Origin: a virus
Virus genome (UHGV): UHGV-1465484
Length of the DNA stretch: 24,080 bases
Strand: one strand, 5' to 3'
Shown in pieces: positions 22,613 to 24,080 of the stretch; positions within the stretch are counted from its first letter, which is position 1; every line of letters starts with the position of its first letter. The position numbers and the translations under genes were made by a program. A model generated the notes under the pieces. That model saw only the letters and a program-made list of their open reading frames with translations. It did not search any database and was not told the DNA's origin.

Positions 22613-23317
22613 ATGGCTACATCGACAGTAATTCCTGGAGATATCACCACGCTAAAGGGAGATGTCAGTAAAACTAAGGAAGATATTTCCTCAATTAACG
22701 GAAAAGTATCAACGCTTCAGATTGATATGACCAGTGCAAAGCAGGATATCAGCACCAGATACACAAAAACTGAAGTTGATAATAAGCTGAAAAACAAAGT
22801 GGAAGCGAACGATCTGGAAAGCGGTCGTTATGGCGGTGATTTTTACCCGCTGACTGGCCGCGAAGCGTTTTATTTATGGGGGTTGGGCACGACTACTGCT
22901 GCGGCAAACCTTTATCTTAATCCTGACCCTGCAATTTCGTCTGTACTGCGGTCCACATCGTCTATCCGCTATAAACATTCAGTAGAGACGATAGATTCAG
23001 AGCACGCCGATGTCATTTTCAGGATGCGCCCTGTGTGGTACAGGTCGCAATGCGAAAATGACAGGCGTGACTGGGGGTTCTACGGATTGATTGCCGAGGA
23101 AGTAGGAGAAATTGCCCCTCAGTTTGTACACTGGCGACCAGCTAACGAAGATGATGCTCCTGAAGCTATTTCCAGCAATGGCCTTGTTGCCGAAGGTGTA
23201 ATGTACGAACGTCTGGTTGTTCCACTGATTCACCATATCCAGAAGCTGACTGAAAGAGTTGATGAACTTGAGTCAGAATTAAAGTTGTTATTAACTTCCC
23301 GAAGCGATATCGGATAA
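22613..23317 (+). CDS. Short fibre-like protein: N-terminal 11-residue-periodicity repeats plus C-terminal peptidase-S74-type intramolecular chaperone domain
   Basis: ATG at 22613 preceded by GAGGGAG; 234 aa; S116-S-I-R-Y-K121 matches the S-x-x-R-x-K Ser/Lys dyad spacing of S74 chaperone domains; GFYGLIAEEVGEIAPQFV ... LVVPLIHHIQKLTERVDELESELKLL is the typical S74 C-terminal pattern. Confidence 0.75.
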   Translation: MATSTVIPGDITTLKGDVSKTKEDISSINGKVSTLQIDMTSAKQDISTRYTKTEVDNKLKNKVEANDLESGRYGGDFYPLTGREAFYLWGLGTTTAAANLYLNPDPAISSVLRSTSSIRYKHSVETIDSEHADVIFRMRPVWYRSQCENDRRDWGFYGLIAEEVGEIAPQFVHWRPANEDDAPEAISSNGLVAEGVMYERLVVPLIHHIQKLTERVDELESELKLLLTSRSDIG

Positions 23318-23327
23318 AGGAGGAATA

Positions 23328-23615
23328 ATGGATATAACACCTTTCCTTCATGCACTTTGTGCTGTGGCTGCGCAGGTACTGGTTGGTCTTTTTACCGGAA
23401 ACTGGGCTTACGGGGCGATAGCCGGTTGTACGTTCTTCATTGCGCGTGAACACACCCAGGCAGAATATCGCTGGATCGAAATGTTCGGGCATGGCAAGCG
23501 AATGAATATGCCGTGGTGGGGCGGTTTTGATCCGCGTGTTTGGGATGTGGCAAGCCTGATAGATTTTGCTGTGCCGGTGGTGGCGTGTCTGCTGGTCTGG
23601 CTGTTGATCCGTTAA
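23328..23615 (+). CDS. Small hydrophobic protein (95 aa), probable membrane protein or lipoprotein; candidate moron
   Basis: Strong SD (AAAGGAGG) 4-5 nt before ATG at 23328; hydrophobic N-terminal segment (residues ~5-33) ending in a lipobox-like I-A-G-C, and a hydrophobic C-terminal segment (ASLIDFAVPVVACLLVWLLI). Confidence 0.7.
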   Translation: MDITPFLHALCAVAAQVLVGLFTGNWAYGAIAGCTFFIAREHTQAEYRWIEMFGHGKRMNMPWWGGFDPRVWDVASLIDFAVPVVACLLVWLLIR

Positions 23616-23616
23616 A

Positions 23617-23660
23617 CAAAAAAAGCCGCAGCAACTTGTCATGGCAGGATACTGCGGCTG
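23617..23660 (-). terminator. Hairpin with the U-run on the minus strand (possible terminator for leftward transcription, or bidirectional)
   Basis: AGCCGCAG ... CTGCGGCT stem at 23624-23631 and 23653-23660 with a ~21-nt loop; the A-run at 23614-23623 on the + strand is a T-run after the hairpin on the minus strand; no T-run follows on the + strand. The long loop makes this weak. Confidence 0.35.
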
Positions 23661-24080
23661 GCTGGTGAACCTCCGATAGTGCGAGTATTGAATGATTTTC
23701 AGCCATTACTGATTTTACGCATTTTTTGCATGAGAGGATTTGCACCTGCTCTCACAGACCATCTATGACTGTACGCCACTATCTCTAGGGCTGCTATGTG
23801 CTGTGAGTTCAACCAATGTACGAACAGCCAGAAGCGGACAAATGATGACAAACTATATGCTCATCAACGTAGAGTAAGCCACTCAGTTGATGATGGGAGT
23901 GGGTTGCCTGCTGCCATCACTATTGTCGATTCTTAAGTGTACGCACTCTAATTTACAGTTGCTTCATAGCGTAAAATATGATTTAAGATCAAAGACGTTT
24001 ACATCTCGTACCTCACAAGCAGCTTTTACTTGCTGAGGGCGGTAGCGTTTCTATTATTATCTCAAATCAATATGGATAAT

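Noticed and set aside
23437-23745. 102-aa minus-strand ORF (and 158-aa 23166-23642) overlapping the 95-aa and 234-aa + strand genes
   Set aside because: Runs through the hairpin at 23624-23660 and is antisense to + strand genes that have strong RBSs and operon coupling; no RBS of its own.
23796-23936. 46-aa + strand ORF (MCCEFNQCTNSQKRTNDDKLYAHQRRVSHS...) in the terminal non-coding region
   Set aside because: No recognisable RBS, odd composition and short length; more likely chance. Kept in mind only as part of the non-coding-region finding.

Overview
This 24,080-bp window is the left (morphogenetic) arm of a lambda-type siphophage, most likely an integrated lambdoid prophage or a circular/concatemeric form, because the phage right end is joined to the left end across an intact cos site at about 245-256. 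All convincing genes are on the + strand and tightly packed with ATGA/TGATG overlaps, in lambda order: cosN/cosB, Nu1, A, W, B, C (with nested Nu3), D, E, FI, FII, Z, U, V, G and G-T (programmed -1 frameshift), H, M, L, K, I, J, lom, stf. Gene identities come from reading the supplied translations against my memory of phage lambda proteins; no database search was run. From Nu1 to about the middle of J the proteins look essentially lambda-identical. Four places depart from lambda: (1) Z carries an in-frame TAG 16 codons before the expected stop; (2) I is 10 codons shorter and the last ~350 codons of J (receptor-binding end) are divergent and 27 codons longer; (3) the side tail fibre keeps a lambda-like N-terminus and Ala/Ser/Thr heptad shaft but switches at ~20990 to a visibly AT-rich foreign tip ending in a LamG/ConA-like lectin signature; (4) lambda tfa is absent and replaced by three small co-oriented genes (93 aa unknown; 234 aa with an 11-residue-repeat N-terminus plus a C-terminal S74-type intramolecular-chaperone domain; 95 aa hydrophobic protein). 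That distal module (about 20990-23615) and the ~460-bp non-coding tail after it are the part most likely to hold something undescribed. No tRNA, rRNA, CRISPR array, integrase or transposase was seen. All composition statements are by eye, not computed.
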